In this document: one piece after another, positions 52,360-64,000 of the stretch
Position numbering within the stretch: position 1 is the first letter of the stretch
Layout of the letters: each line of letters opens with the position of its first letter
From: Negaprion brevirostris
Taxonomy: Eukaryota
NCBI GenBank assembly: GCA_030324005.1
Contig: JARDVH010000149.1
Coordinates: 27,342,676 to 27,406,675, forward strand
Length of the DNA: 64,000 nucleotides
Direction of reading: 5' to 3'
The notes under the pieces: model-generated
Database searches by the model: none
Seen by the model: only the letters and a program-made list of their open reading frames with translations
Told to the model about the DNA's origin: nothing
Made by a program: the position numbers and the translations under genes

Positions 52360-52446
52360 GGTTCGACTACAGACCTATCGTACAAATAAAATGGGATGGG
52401 GTGTTCGGTCATTGCAGGACATTCCTAAGGGTCATTTTATCTGCGA
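52360..52446 (+). CDS. EHMT1: EHMT1 exon (SET domain start)
   Basis: ttacag|...ga|gtaagt, 87 nt; [29 protein letters not shown] with the SET GWG motif. Confidence 0.97.
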
Positions 52447-54763
52447 GTAAGTGTTGGACTTCATAATCACTAATGATGCAAATGTAGAATTATTTATATT
52501 TAAAATTAATTTTCCTGAATTGAAAATGATTTAAATGCCAATACTTCAAAGCTCTATACAAAAACACGTGGTAATGTTTTACCACTCTACTAAATTCTGA
52601 AGGTCTTTGATGTTCGATGCACTTCTCAAGTTTATTAAAAAAGTATAGAATGACATACGGCTGTTTGGTCCAGCAAGACTCTCTCCCATAGATCAAGCAC
52701 ACTGACCTTTTTTAGGTATATATAATTTTAGCTCTGCTGACAAAAATTAATAACTGCAGCTATAACTTGAATAAATCTAAAGCTGTGATAAATGTCTGCC
52801 CTTGGGTAATTTACCAAAGCTCCAGGATACCAGTTTAAAGGTTGCATTTTGAGTTGCATTACTACAGATTTGCCTGCCAGATGCTGATGTTCCAGCACTA
52901 TACAGGAAAAATAACTAATACCCTTCATTTTCACCTGTCACTTAGTTGTAGCAGAACACGCAGTAGGCTGCATCTAATTTGGCCAACTATTGCTACACCC
53001 ACAGTGTGAATGAGTGTATTCTCATTTAATAGTCTTGCTGTAAATTTATATGAGAAAAAATCCTTGTGTAGCAACAGCCTTGTGTATTTGTGATGTTCAG
53101 TTCTCTCAATCTCCTGTCCTCCTTTACAATCAGAGTTTGAATTATAATGTTTGATTTCTTTCATACCTTACTGATGTTTCAATATTGTGAAACGTTCATT
53201 GTCACTGATGTATTGGGTTTGCCTAAAGGTCGTACTGTGCAGGGGATTCTTTTGTGCATATCTTTGTATGTCTCTCTGTTATTTAGTGAACTTCCTTGTT
53301 CATTTCAGTTAACATGAAGCATACCGTTATCTAACAGAATATCAACAGCACACAAACCTGATTATTCAGAGCAATATTTATTGTTTTTTGTCAAACATTT
53401 TATGAGATAAATCACTATTATGAATCTGTGTGATCTAAAACGTATACCAGTAATGACATTGCGAATGGAACGAATTTTCTGTTCTATTTAGTATCATAGC
53501 TATGGCATATTTATGGAAGTAGGCAAATCTGTAGTAACAATAAGTAATTTTGTCCCAGGTAGCTTCAGTTAAACAGGGACAGATGCTTACGCAATGACGA
53601 ACAAGGACAACCAGTGTTTACTGAATCTGTTACATAGGAGTGTCAATCCACCTCTGCAAGACAATTGAGGCATTTCCAGGAGATCATTTATCCATGGCAT
53701 ATCAGTTTTTACAAATTACACCCCCTTCCCCATGCCTCATACACATCTCAGTGACTCTCATCCACCAGACAAGTCACAATGTTCCTGCTCCATTTTATGT
53801 CTCAAGCTTTCAGTATCCATTGCATACTTGAAATTACTAAAATCCACATTTTTCATTGCCTGTCTGGTGAGGCTGTTCCAACTTTTCAATACATTGTGCA
53901 TGATGAAATAATTTTTAAGTTCTGTGCTGAACTTTATTCACCCAAACTTGAAACTTTTGCCCTAGAACAGCTGCTAAACTAGATCCCAGACTGATGCTCA
54001 ATACAAACTATTGCAATTTAGGACCTGGAAAGCATTGTCACAGTCCTCTTTACGGCACTTTTTCCAATGTAACCCTTTCCTCGTAGCACGGATGCACAAA
54101 TGAATTTGTCACCTTTGTTGCCTTTTTTACACCCCAAGCCCCAAACAAAAACCTCTGATGTGCTTCCTCCCCGTGATTGAGCAATGTTACTTCTTTTGAA
54201 ACCTGCATTCTATCTTTTCAGCTATATATTCCAAGACCCTATATATCTTTTATCATCTCTCCTGCATATTGTGTTGATGGGTTACATGAGCTTTATATAA
54301 GAAAAATCCTTGGCCTTAAAGGTTCTTATGAGCTGTTTGTTTCTCTAGGAGGAACCAAAGCTTTATACTGCAATGGTCTCTATGCCTGCCATATTACTGT
54401 TCTGTTGGAAAACTCCTATTCAAGTAGAAAAAAGATTTGCAGCTTTGAGGAGTGTTTCTTTTAATGGAACATCTGGAGAACTTGGAAGACTTTGGCACTT
54501 TTTCCCCCACTGGTGCAATGATGGCATATTCAGATAATTCCTCTCATGACGATCATTAGTAGCTCCCAATTGTCTCCATTAGCATAGGTTTATTTATCCT
54601 CCTAACTCGTGGAATAAAATAATGTTTCACTCCATTTCTCTGAAAATCTGTAATGTTAAAGTTAAGAATAATATACTGGTGACAGAGGGGCTTAAGTAGC
54701 CTGATAATTTCTTAAGTTCATTACTGTACCTTGCACGTTGCTTATGTGAAGGGGGCTTATTGT

Positions 54764-55243
54764 GGGCGGCACGGTAGCACAGTGGTTAGCTCTGCTGTTT
54801 CACAGCTCCAGGGACCTGGGTTCGATTCCCGGCGTGGGTCACTGTCTGTGTGGAGTTTGCATGTTCTCCTCGTGTCTGCGTGGGTTTCCTCTGGGTACTC
54901 CGGTTTCCTCCCACAGTCCAAAGATGTGCGGGTTAGGTTGNNNNNNNNNNNNNNNNNNNNNNNNNNNNNNNNNNNNNNNNNNNNNNNNNNNNNNNNNNNN
55001 NNNNNNNNNNNNNNNNNNNNNNNNNNNNNNNNNNNNNNNNCTCCCACAGTCCAAAGATGTGCGGGTTAGGTTGATTGGCTATGCTAAAAAATTGCCCCTT
55101 ATGTCGTGTGATGTGTAGGCTAGAGAGATTAGTGGGTAAAATACGTAGGGATATGGAGGTGGGCCTGGGTGGGTTTGTGTTCAGTGCAGACTCGATGGGC
55201 CGAAGGGCCTCTTTCTTCACTGTAGGGCTTTATGATTCTATGA
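54764..55243 (+). mobile_element. HE1-like V-SINE, split by a gap
   Basis: gggcggcacggtagcacagtggttagc...gggttcgattccc (clear A and B boxes); tail tatgattctatga. Confidence 0.9.
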
Positions 55244-55604
55244 AAAGTAGTGATAGTATTGATGTTGCAACCTTATTCAGATTTAGATACTTCTTTGCAT
55301 GCCATAAATTGCGGTTCATCATAGATTATTGCTCTTCCAATGTTGATTGTGGAAACCATTAGAAAATGTACTTAGGTGTGTTCATCACTAAGTCTTTTAA
55401 CGTTTAAGTCTGAAAATATTGTTTGTTGTTATTCCAGTACAACTGTAAGTGAAGGTGATTAAGATTGTATGTTGGCCAGATATTATGATCAGATTGTATT
55501 TTCCAGCAACCATGTTGGCTGACTTTATTTTGATATTAATGCATCACTCTTAGTTTGGCAATAGAAACAGTCTTTTAAACAATGCAACCTTTTCTTTGTA
55601 CAAG

Positions 55605-55683
55605 ATATGTTGGGGAACTTATAACAGATGCAGAGGCAGATGTCCGAGAAGATGACTCCTATCTTTTTGACCTCGATAATAAG
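55605..55683 (+). CDS. EHMT1: EHMT1 exon (SET domain)
   Basis: tacaag|...aag|gtactg, 79 nt; [26 protein letters not shown]; the next SET exon is not visible in the window. Confidence 0.97.
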
Positions 55684-55893
55684 GTACTGATTATTTTGTC
55701 TCATGGCCTTTCTGTGCCAGATCAATTTTTATTTTTCTTTGTTATTACCTCATCACATTAAGATTTAATTTACAAATCAGTATGCTTAATGCTGATCCCG
55801 AGTCTTGAATGTTGTCCCTTTTAAAATCCTGCGTGGTTAACAGAAGAAATACAAAGAGAAAACATCTCAATCAAGAAAATGAGCAAAAATGAT

Positions 55894-56097
55894 GGGCAGG
55901 ATTTTCTCTCATTCCACAGCATGTTTCACAGTGGTAGGAGGTGGCACACACTCGCAGGCGGTGGGATTTTACAGCCCCGCTGTTGTTAACAGGGTTTCCC
56001 ATTGAAGGCACTGCTCACCGCCAGGAAACCGGCAGCAGGGTTGCACATCATTGAGACTGTAAAATCCTGCCGGTGTGAAAGCGAGCACAATTTCGGC
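55894..56097. mobile_element. MITE-like element; related pieces at about 35887-36030, 60992-61085 and 62020-62615
   Basis: ggcaggatttt (55895) / aaaatcctgcc (56060) inverted repeat and shared tttcccattga core with the 35887 copy. Confidence 0.5.
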
Positions 56098-57379
56098 AAA
56101 TAAATTGGATGAGAAAACTGCACATGTGCAATTCGTTTTCTGTAACCTGATGCATTGTCCTAACTGGCTAACTATGAATTAGATCGATTCATGTTAACAA
56201 TAAGGGTGGAGGAATTTCAACAACATTGAATATGGCATAAACTTTAATGTGTAAATGATCATTATTGAAAGGACAACAGTATTTAATTCACAAACTTTGA
56301 AAATTGCCTTTGATTGTTTAATGAAGATAAGTATAAGTGTTTTCAATATACAATGTCATATACCTTCTATGAAAAAGGATTGTCAAAAAATCTTCTGCCA
56401 AAGCAAAATAAGATGTATTTTAATCAGTCCCTTCTCTACCATTTGGAAACCCCACCTCATGTTGAGCTTAGGCACACAGTTAAGATAAACGTCACAGACG
56501 TTAGTAATTAGACCTAGGACCAAACGGTTAGATTGGAAGACTAAAGAGTTTATGTCAAGGTTGATAATGTGCTGTGTACTGGGTTGGTGCTAAACTTGCT
56601 GGCTCGTTGCCTCCAAACCTGAGACAGACTGTGGTGCTGATCGGCATGACTTCTATTTCATTTGTCCGCTGACAGATTTTGTTACTGATGTCTGTGGAAT
56701 TGCTTACAGCGTGTGAGAGAGATCCAAAGTAGCAACCTTCCACAGGGAAGCAAAAGACAATTCTTCCTGTTGGCTGGGAAACGTTTTCACATTAGTTAGC
56801 TGAAGTGTTTGATTTTGAAATTATTGTAGTTGTACATGCCCTTTCACTTTGAATCTATTTTTGTAAAGATTTTTACCAAAAAATGAATATATATTTTGCT
56901 ATTTAACCTTGAGGGTTTCAGCAAATTCCGAATTAGCTCAGCTGGCTCAGTAATTTGAACTATTTTCTCAATAAACAACTAATGTTATATACTTTTAGAC
57001 CAAATGACAATTCATCAAAATGGTGCATTGAATGGTATTTATGAGAGCATATTGGATAACTGTATCCAACAGTGTGGAGATTTGATCATTTACTGAAGTA
57101 TTTCCTGTGACATTACATCCAGTGGATCAGGAGTTTTTATTTAAATGTTATGTCAAGTAGAATTAGAAGAAATACTGATATACCTATAATGAGCATCATC
57201 CTTTGTCCTGCAAGAACGGAGAAGTGGACCTAGACTTTGGTAGTACAGGGATGGAAGATATTGAGGGAGATTCTGAAGAAGTTTTTTTGTCTTTCTCATT
57301 CCTCTCCTGTTTCTCACTTCTGCTTCTTTGACTCAACTGATTTTGTTTCTCTGCACGCTTTATTTCCTTCTATTTTCAG

Positions 57380-57404
57380 AAGTGGGGTGACGTGACCTTT
57401 GCAG
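57380..57404 (+). other. Candidate 25-nt frameshifting microexon in the EHMT1 SET-coding intron
   Basis: About 96 nt of AG-free C/T-rich tract (57282-57377), acceptor ttttcag|, donor gcag|gtaaag; no transcript evidence. Confidence 0.45.
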
Positions 57405-58404
57405 GTAAAGGAACAACCAATGTTCATTTAAATTGAAAATGTGACTCACCCGAGCTCGCATCTCCTCCCCACAATCAAATGTGCTTTCCTGGCCTGCTGT
57501 TCTAGCAAAGTCCTGAGTCTTTCATTTTCTTAATATCTCTTTGATGCTGTTATTACCTGTTCAATTCCTGTATCCTGTCTTTTGCCTTTGCTCAGCTGTC
57601 ATCCATCTCACTGTTAACTCTCCATCTACTATCCTTTTTTTAAATCTTATTTGCTTCCCTCAAAAGACAGTGATGAGGAAAAACTACAGGCCCCATACAC
57701 ACATTCAGTTTCTATACTCCCCTTCCTCTCCCTTTATTGTTCCACTCAAAAATCAAAACTCCTTTATGATTTCAACATCCAACCTTTTTTAAAAGAGAAA
57801 TAAATCAAATCCTATTAATCTGTTTGTCTCCCCTTTTCTCTTATAGGCATTAGCAATTTAAAGCTCAGTTGCACAGCTTTAGGCATCAGCCTTTTCTGAC
57901 TGTCAGTTGAAATCATTGATTAGCTTCAAAAACAGTTTAGAAAATTGAATTATTAACATGAAGAAACATTTTCTTACTCTCACTTTCTGAATTGTTTGCC
58001 AGTTTTGTGCATCAATTTCTCCTTGCTGGTTTTGGATATTAGGAATAATGTTTACAAAAGAAAAACAAAATGACAACTAACATTCTTGAGTGGAAAATAT
58101 AAGCACAACATTTTGAGCAGTTAGTAGGAAAAAATCATTGCCAGGCAGATTATGCAATTACACAAGGAAAATAAAAAATTATAATGGCATACGTTGACAT
58201 AATATTGTGATAGATGTCAGATTTCAATATAATTTTTGACATGCTGAATCGATGTGTGATGAAAGTTACCCACAAAACTGATGTCTTTATCAAGAAGTAG
58301 CAATGAGTACTTCAAGTGGTGGAATTGAAGTGAGGGATTTACCCTTTTTAAATCATCCCCAGATCCACTTGCTGTTAATTCATGGACAAACTTCAGATTA
58401 GCAA

Positions 58405-58690
58405 ATAAAAGCAAATTACAGCAGATGCTGGAATCTGAAACCAAAAGAGAAAGTGCTGGAAAATCTCAGGTCTGGCAGCATCTGTAAGGAGAGAAAAGAG
58501 CTGACGTTTCGAGTCCAGACAGCCCTTTGTCAAAGCCTTGACGTCTGGCCCCGAAATGTCAGTCCTTTTCCCCCTCACAGATGCTGCCAGACCTGCTGAG
58601 ATTTTCCAGCATTTTCTCCGTCGGACTTTAATCTGGTGATGTGAGGCTTCTAATTGTGCCCACCCCAATACAATGCCGGCATCTCCACAT
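58405..58690. repeat. Palindromic Penelope-type terminal repeat with an adjoining second terminus
   Basis: 58448-58510 is inverted relative to 58552-58618; followed by ggactttaatctggtgatgtgaggcttct, related to the reverse complement of 16903-16925. Confidence 0.8.
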
Positions 58691-59099
58691 TCCTGCTGGG
58701 CTGCACTGCTACCTCGTTTTAGATGTTTAGTTTTCAGAATTGCACATCGATGAGAAGCAATGGGTTTCTTTTCCCAAAGAGCAAATTTTTTTTTAAAAAT
58801 CAGGCACCCTTTTTAACCCAGCTTTTACACCTCAGGTGTAATCATTGCGCCGTTTTTGACTGACTCCCGAGGCAAAACCTTCAAGGGGGAAATAATTTTT
58901 AAGCTAATCAGAAAAGAGAAGACTATTTGAGGGTATCATTNNNNNNNNNNNNNNNNNNNNNNNNNNNNNNNNNNNNNNNNNNNNNNNNNNNNNNNNNNNN
59001 NNNNNNNNNNNNNNNNNNNNNNNNNNNNNNNNNNNNNNNNTCCTTTCAGATGCTGCCAGACCTGCTGAGATTAGCAAGTTGTATAGTGCAACTGCAAGC

Positions 59100-60510
59100 A
59101 AATTATTTTAACGTTTGTGGCAGGTAAAATTTTGATATCCACAATCAGAGAAAAAAATTCAGCAGGTACATGGAGAAATTTGAGTTAACAAAAGAGAACC
59201 AGAATGGATTTGTAAAAGGCAGATCATACTTGACAAATCTAACTGCATATTTTAAAGAAGTAACAGAAAAGGTTAATAAAGGGAATGTGATAAATGCCGT
59301 CCATGTAAATTTAAGAGAGTATTTGACAGAGTACCACATAAAAGTCTGGTTAGCAAATTTGAGGCTTATGGAATAGGAGGGTTAATGATAATTTGGATAA
59401 AAATTTGGCTTAAGCACGGTCGAGGTAATAGTAATTTTTCGGACTGGATGGTGGTAGATAGAGATGTTCCCCATGGGTCAGTGCTAGACCTCTGCCTCTT
59501 TTTGTTATGTAGAAAACACTCGGATCTTGGAATTTGGAGCAAAGTTTCAAATATTTCTGATGATGCCAAACATCTGGTGGTATCCAGGCAGATGGAATTC
59601 AATATAGAACAGTGTGAGGTGATGCATTTTTAGCAGAAGGAATGGAGGGAGCCAGTATAGATTTAATGTCTCAATTCTAAAGAGTGTGCAAGATCAAAGG
59701 GACCTGGGCATGCATGCGAGTTGATCTTTGAAGGTGATAGGACATATTGAGAGAATGGTTAACAAAGAATATGGGATCCTGAGCTTCATAAAAAGAGGCA
59801 TGGAGTACAAAAGCAGGCAGGTTGTATTGATCCTTTTGTAAAGCACTGGTTAGGACCCTGCTAAACTCTGCAATTTTTAAAAAATTAATTCATGGGATGT
59901 GGGTGTCACTGGTGAGAGACCAGTGTTTATTGCTCATCCCTAATTGCCGTTGATGGGTGGCGATGAGCTGTGTTTTGGTCACCATATTTTAGGAAAGATG
60001 TGAAGTTTCTTCAGTGCAGAGACGATACACCAGATGGTTCTGGGGTAAAGTGGGATGGGATGTTGCAGGGCGGGGTTGTGGGCAGAATAGTTACAGGTTT
60101 AGGTTGAAAAGACTGGGGTTGTTCTCCTTGGGGCAAAGGCGATTGAGGGGGGATTTGATAGAGGTATATACGATTATGACAGAGTAGATCAGAGAAAGAA
60201 ATATACTTCCCATTAGGTGATTGTGCAAGTACTTGATTTGAGATTTTAGGCACAAGATGCAGGGGGATTGTGAAGAAGGACCATTTTTACATAGCATGTG
60301 GCAATGACCTGGAACCAGCTGCCCATGAGTGTACTTGAAAAGGAAACAATGGTTTTAAAAGGAAAGTGGATGGACTTGTAGGAGCTAAACTTGTTGGGCT
60401 GCAGGGATCAAACAGGGGGACTGGGGCTACCTGGATTGCTCCACAGAGAGGCTGGCATGGACTTGATGGACGACATGGCTGCCTCCTGTGCTGTTCGTGA
60501 CACTGGTTCC
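59100..60510 (+). mobile_element. CR1 LINE ORF2 RT to 3' end, degenerate
   Basis: NQNGFVKGRSYLTNL, VPHGSVL, ISDDAK, QMEFNIEQCEVMHF; nested LINE 3' end at about 59875-59975. Confidence 0.9.
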
Positions 60511-62649
60511 ATGGTATTGATGCAAGCAGCTGTAATTGCTTCAGCTTTTTGTTTTGGATAATACAAGCATTTAACCGGAATAGGGTGTGGGTACTTAAGT
60601 GGAGTTACTATAAACAATGTGTTTAATCAGCCATTTGACACTTAGGCTTGTCATTTTTTAAGAAGTCTAATCCTTTGGATAGTGCAAACAGTTTTGAAAA
60701 TTAATTTTTTTTAGTTTATAGAAATAATTGACTTGTTGAAACCTTGTTCCATCCTAAAGTAAACAAAATAGATTTTAAATTCTTAAAGTAGCATTGAAAT
60801 TAACTAGTTTTTCGAATTAAAAACTTTTAACATTTAAATTGAGAAAGACCAGTGTTGTAGCTGCTGTAACTCTTTGTTAGATGTGTTAATCTGCAGCTGA
60901 TGGAACTCTGATTAGGACGCAGGGCAACGCTGAATAAAATGCGTGCAAATTGAGTAACTTCTTTGTGATTAATTTGTATGTTGACGTATCAGCCGGAATT
61001 CTACTGCCCTGTCCGCCATGGGAATCGGAGCTGATGAGGGGCAAACAATGGGGTTTTACAGTTGTGGGATGAAATTCAGCCCATTGAGTAATTCTACCAT
61101 TTAAACATTGGTGTATGACAGGAACATTGTGTAGAGATTCTCCCCTCCTGCTTGCCTCCCCACCCCACCCCTCCAACTCCTAAAACATTAACTACAAATG
61201 TTATTGCAGGTAAAATTTTGGAAGAAAAATGGTCAAATGAAATTAATAGATTTAAAGATGATGAAATTAAAATAGAACAAACAAAACAAATTAAGGGGGC
61301 AGAAGTCTGTTTTAAAAGAAAACAAGGGTATATTCTGGAGCTCCTTAAGATTCCATTAATAACTTTTCCAAAAACCACAATTTTACAGGAATTCAACTTG
61401 GTTTTGAAAGTTTCAAGATTTACTGCATGAAGGTGGATTGTAGTGGTTGAGTTTTACACTTACATTTACTACTTACATTTCGGTTCAAAATAAAAAAACA
61501 AGTTGTTTGAGCATTGCCCAATATTTTCTAAGAAATCAATATTTCCAATTTACATAAGATGCAGGAAAATCTGTTTTTTAAAAATAAATGAATATCTGTT
61601 AGAATTCAAGGCAGCTTGTGTTGCATCGTCAGGGATGAAATCTTCATCAGTATCCACTATTATCCTCCTGCCCCTGCATTCCTTTTGGTTTGTGTTAATG
61701 TTGGAAGGTCTGTTATCCTCTGTACCTATCATCAGGAGTGAGTTTTTTAAAGCCTGATTAAATTTCATTTTAGTTTTTAGCTCTTATTTCGTGTAGTTTT
61801 GTACCCTTTATGTTGAATACCCATAGTGTTGTTTTGTTTCTGCTGTCATGTGCTTATTGTTAGTTAACTTATCCATGCAATCAATTCATCCTGACAGTTA
61901 GTTCACCCTGACATGAAGCCAATATATTTTCACAAAAACGAGGAAATAACTTGTAGACAAACATCAACTGCTGAGAATTCTCATAAGTACGCACTGATAC
62001 TGGCTTTAGTATGAAACTATGGGCTGGATTTTTAGTCCAGGGCCAGGAACCTAAAATCAAGACCCGTTCCAGGTCCCCACCCTGCATGGCATGTTCTAAA
62101 CATGTCCACCCATATTTTTAAAGGGCCAGGCCTAATAGTGGTAGCAAGTGATCTTGTTATACAGTAAAGGATGCCAGACTGTCTGCTGAGGCTGGAGGGT
62201 CAATGGGAGACCCTCCAATGTTGACATATCAGCAGCACCACATGAAGTCACCTTTGGAAGCCATGGTCAGTGTTTGGAACCACCTCCAGGGTATGGCGCG
62301 TGGTTACAGCTGTGGCCTGCCGGCCATGACTCATGGGAATGAAGCGCAGCCCCAATCTAGCCCGATGTGAGCACACCGTGATTGCCCTACCATAGCCCCT
62401 TGTCCGCATTGCCAACTGAAATGGGGCCTTAATAGGCCCCATTATTGACTCTAATTTCCCTTCATTGGTTGCTTGCTGTTTGTGGGTGGAGCTGTTCTGA
62501 CTCGATCCAGTGCCTCTATAAATGGCTTGGTGCCATGGTCATGGTGCTGAAGCAGCATATTGGCTGGTGAGGCAAAACCTGCAGCCCTGATCACAATCAC
62601 TTCTGAAATCCAATCCGAAGATTTTTGTCACTTGTTTGATCATTCACTT

Positions 62650-64000
62650 CTATATCTGCAAGACAACATCGTTGTGTGAGCATATAGGGACAGGCATCTC
62701 AGTGCACCCCAGAACTGGGGTGTGACTTGAACAGAGTGCTGAAAGTTTGGTGAGTTGAGATCAATGGCAAGGAGGTACTGCTTTGTTTTTCCTAACTTTT
62801 TCACCCTGTGGGGATTGGTTCCTACTCTGCTGCAGGAGGAGAGGCTAGCTGTAGAGTATCTGGTATGTGGTTAAGGTCTATTCTATTTGTAAGGTTTATA
62901 GTAATGCAGGAACTTGTCATAAGGTTAATAAAATACATACATGGGAAATAATTAGTTGAACAAATTAATTACGTAGTTAATTAAAACACATGAAGGATGG
63001 ATGGAAGGATAGATAACGTGAATTGGCTGCAGCATGTGGGAGCTCCTGGCTGCCATTATCTTCCAGGGCAAGCACGCCTGCAGTGTTTGTGTCTTGAGGC
63101 GCTTTGACTCAGAGTCATTGAACTGAAGGCTGAGCTACAAACACTGTGACATGTCAGGGAGGGGAAAGTTACCTGGACACTTTGTACCAGGTGGCAATCA
63201 CATTCTTTAGGGGAGTGATTTGTAAGGTGGTCAGGGGCAGGAGATGTGACTGCAGCTGAGGCAGGTAAGGGGACCCAAAGGGCAGGAGTGCTGGAGCCTC
63301 AGTCTCTACTATTGTCCAAGAGATTTAAGGTTCATTTGGGTTGTTTGGATCAGATTGTTAGGGCAGTATGGTGGTTGAGCTAACTGACCGTGACACTATC
63401 CCACCNNNNNNNNNNNNNNNNNNNNNNNNNNNNNNNNNNNNNNNNNNNNNNNNNNNNNNNNNNNNNNNNNNNNNNNNNNNNNNNNNNNNNNNNNNNNNNN
63501 NNNNNCAGAAGCCACTCAAGTGGGAGGAGTAAAAAGGAATGTAGTGATAGTAGGAGGGCTGTATAGTTGGGGGGGGGGGGGGGTGGGGTGGTGGTAGTGG
63601 TAGACACTGTTACTTGCAACAAGGAGTGACAGTCCAGAAGAATATGTTGCTTGGTCCAGGGTGCAGAGGAAACAGCAGGAGGAGCGGGATCCAGCTGTTG
63701 TTGTCCACCTGGGTACCAGTGACATAGGCAGGATGAGGAAGGAGGTTCTACATAGTCAGTACGAGGGGTTAGGCACCAAATTGAGAAGAAAACCACAGGG
63801 ATGATAATTAGTTGAACAAATTAATTAAAACACATAAAGGTTGGATGGGAAGATAGATGACATGTCTCAGCTGCAGCATGTGGGAGCTCCTGGCTGCCAT
63901 TATCTTCCAGGGCAAGCATGTCTGCAGTAAATGTTTGCGGCTCGAGGCGTTCTGGCTCAGAGTCATTGAATTGAAGGCCGAATGGGGATAAAAGGGGTCT
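62650..64000 (+). mobile_element. CR1 5' region/ORF1 (zinc finger-zipper and esterase relics), partly duplicated
   Basis: CSMWELLAAIIFQGKHVCSKCLRLEAFWLRVIELKAE; PAVVVHLGTSDIG (SGNH esterase-like); 62943-63135 repeated at 63797-63981. Confidence 0.75.

Noticed and set aside
54764-54835. tRNA-like heads with A/B boxes (also at 6143, 19893, 45739)
   Set aside because: They continue into SINE bodies and lack a full cloverleaf; not tRNA genes
1684-55683. Calling the gene EHMT2/G9a
   Set aside because: Ankyrin and pre-SET residues ([38 protein letters not shown]) match GLP/EHMT1
55684-64000. Next SET exon (DGEVYCIDAR...NHxCEPN)
   Set aside because: Not found by eye; presumably beyond the window, or less likely hidden in a gap, so not evidence of pseudogenisation

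Overview
Vertebrate genomic DNA, most likely from a shark or ray (inferred from HE1-type SINEs plus CR1, L2, Rex1 and Penelope-type relics). It is a draft assembly with many N gaps. The whole window lies inside one + strand gene, EHMT1 (GLP, the H3K9 methyltransferase partner of G9a). I traced 18 internal coding exons (1684-55683) with GT-AG boundaries and consistent phases; one exon is interrupted by an N gap. They encode the basic NLS-like segment, Cys-rich region, ankyrin repeats, pre-SET and the N-terminal part of the SET domain. The 5' exons and the exons carrying the NHxC motif and post-SET are not visible. Introns are dominated by degenerate mobile elements. Best leads: (1) a 25-nt frameshifting microexon candidate behind a ~96-nt AG-free pyrimidine tract inside the SET-coding region; (2) a TSD-flanked, ORF1-only 'half-L1'-like element; (3) a minimal hammerhead ribozyme core in a Penelope-type terminus, plus related long palindromes; (4) several tandem splice sites. 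Repeat boundaries are approximate and family names come from recall, not from a database search.
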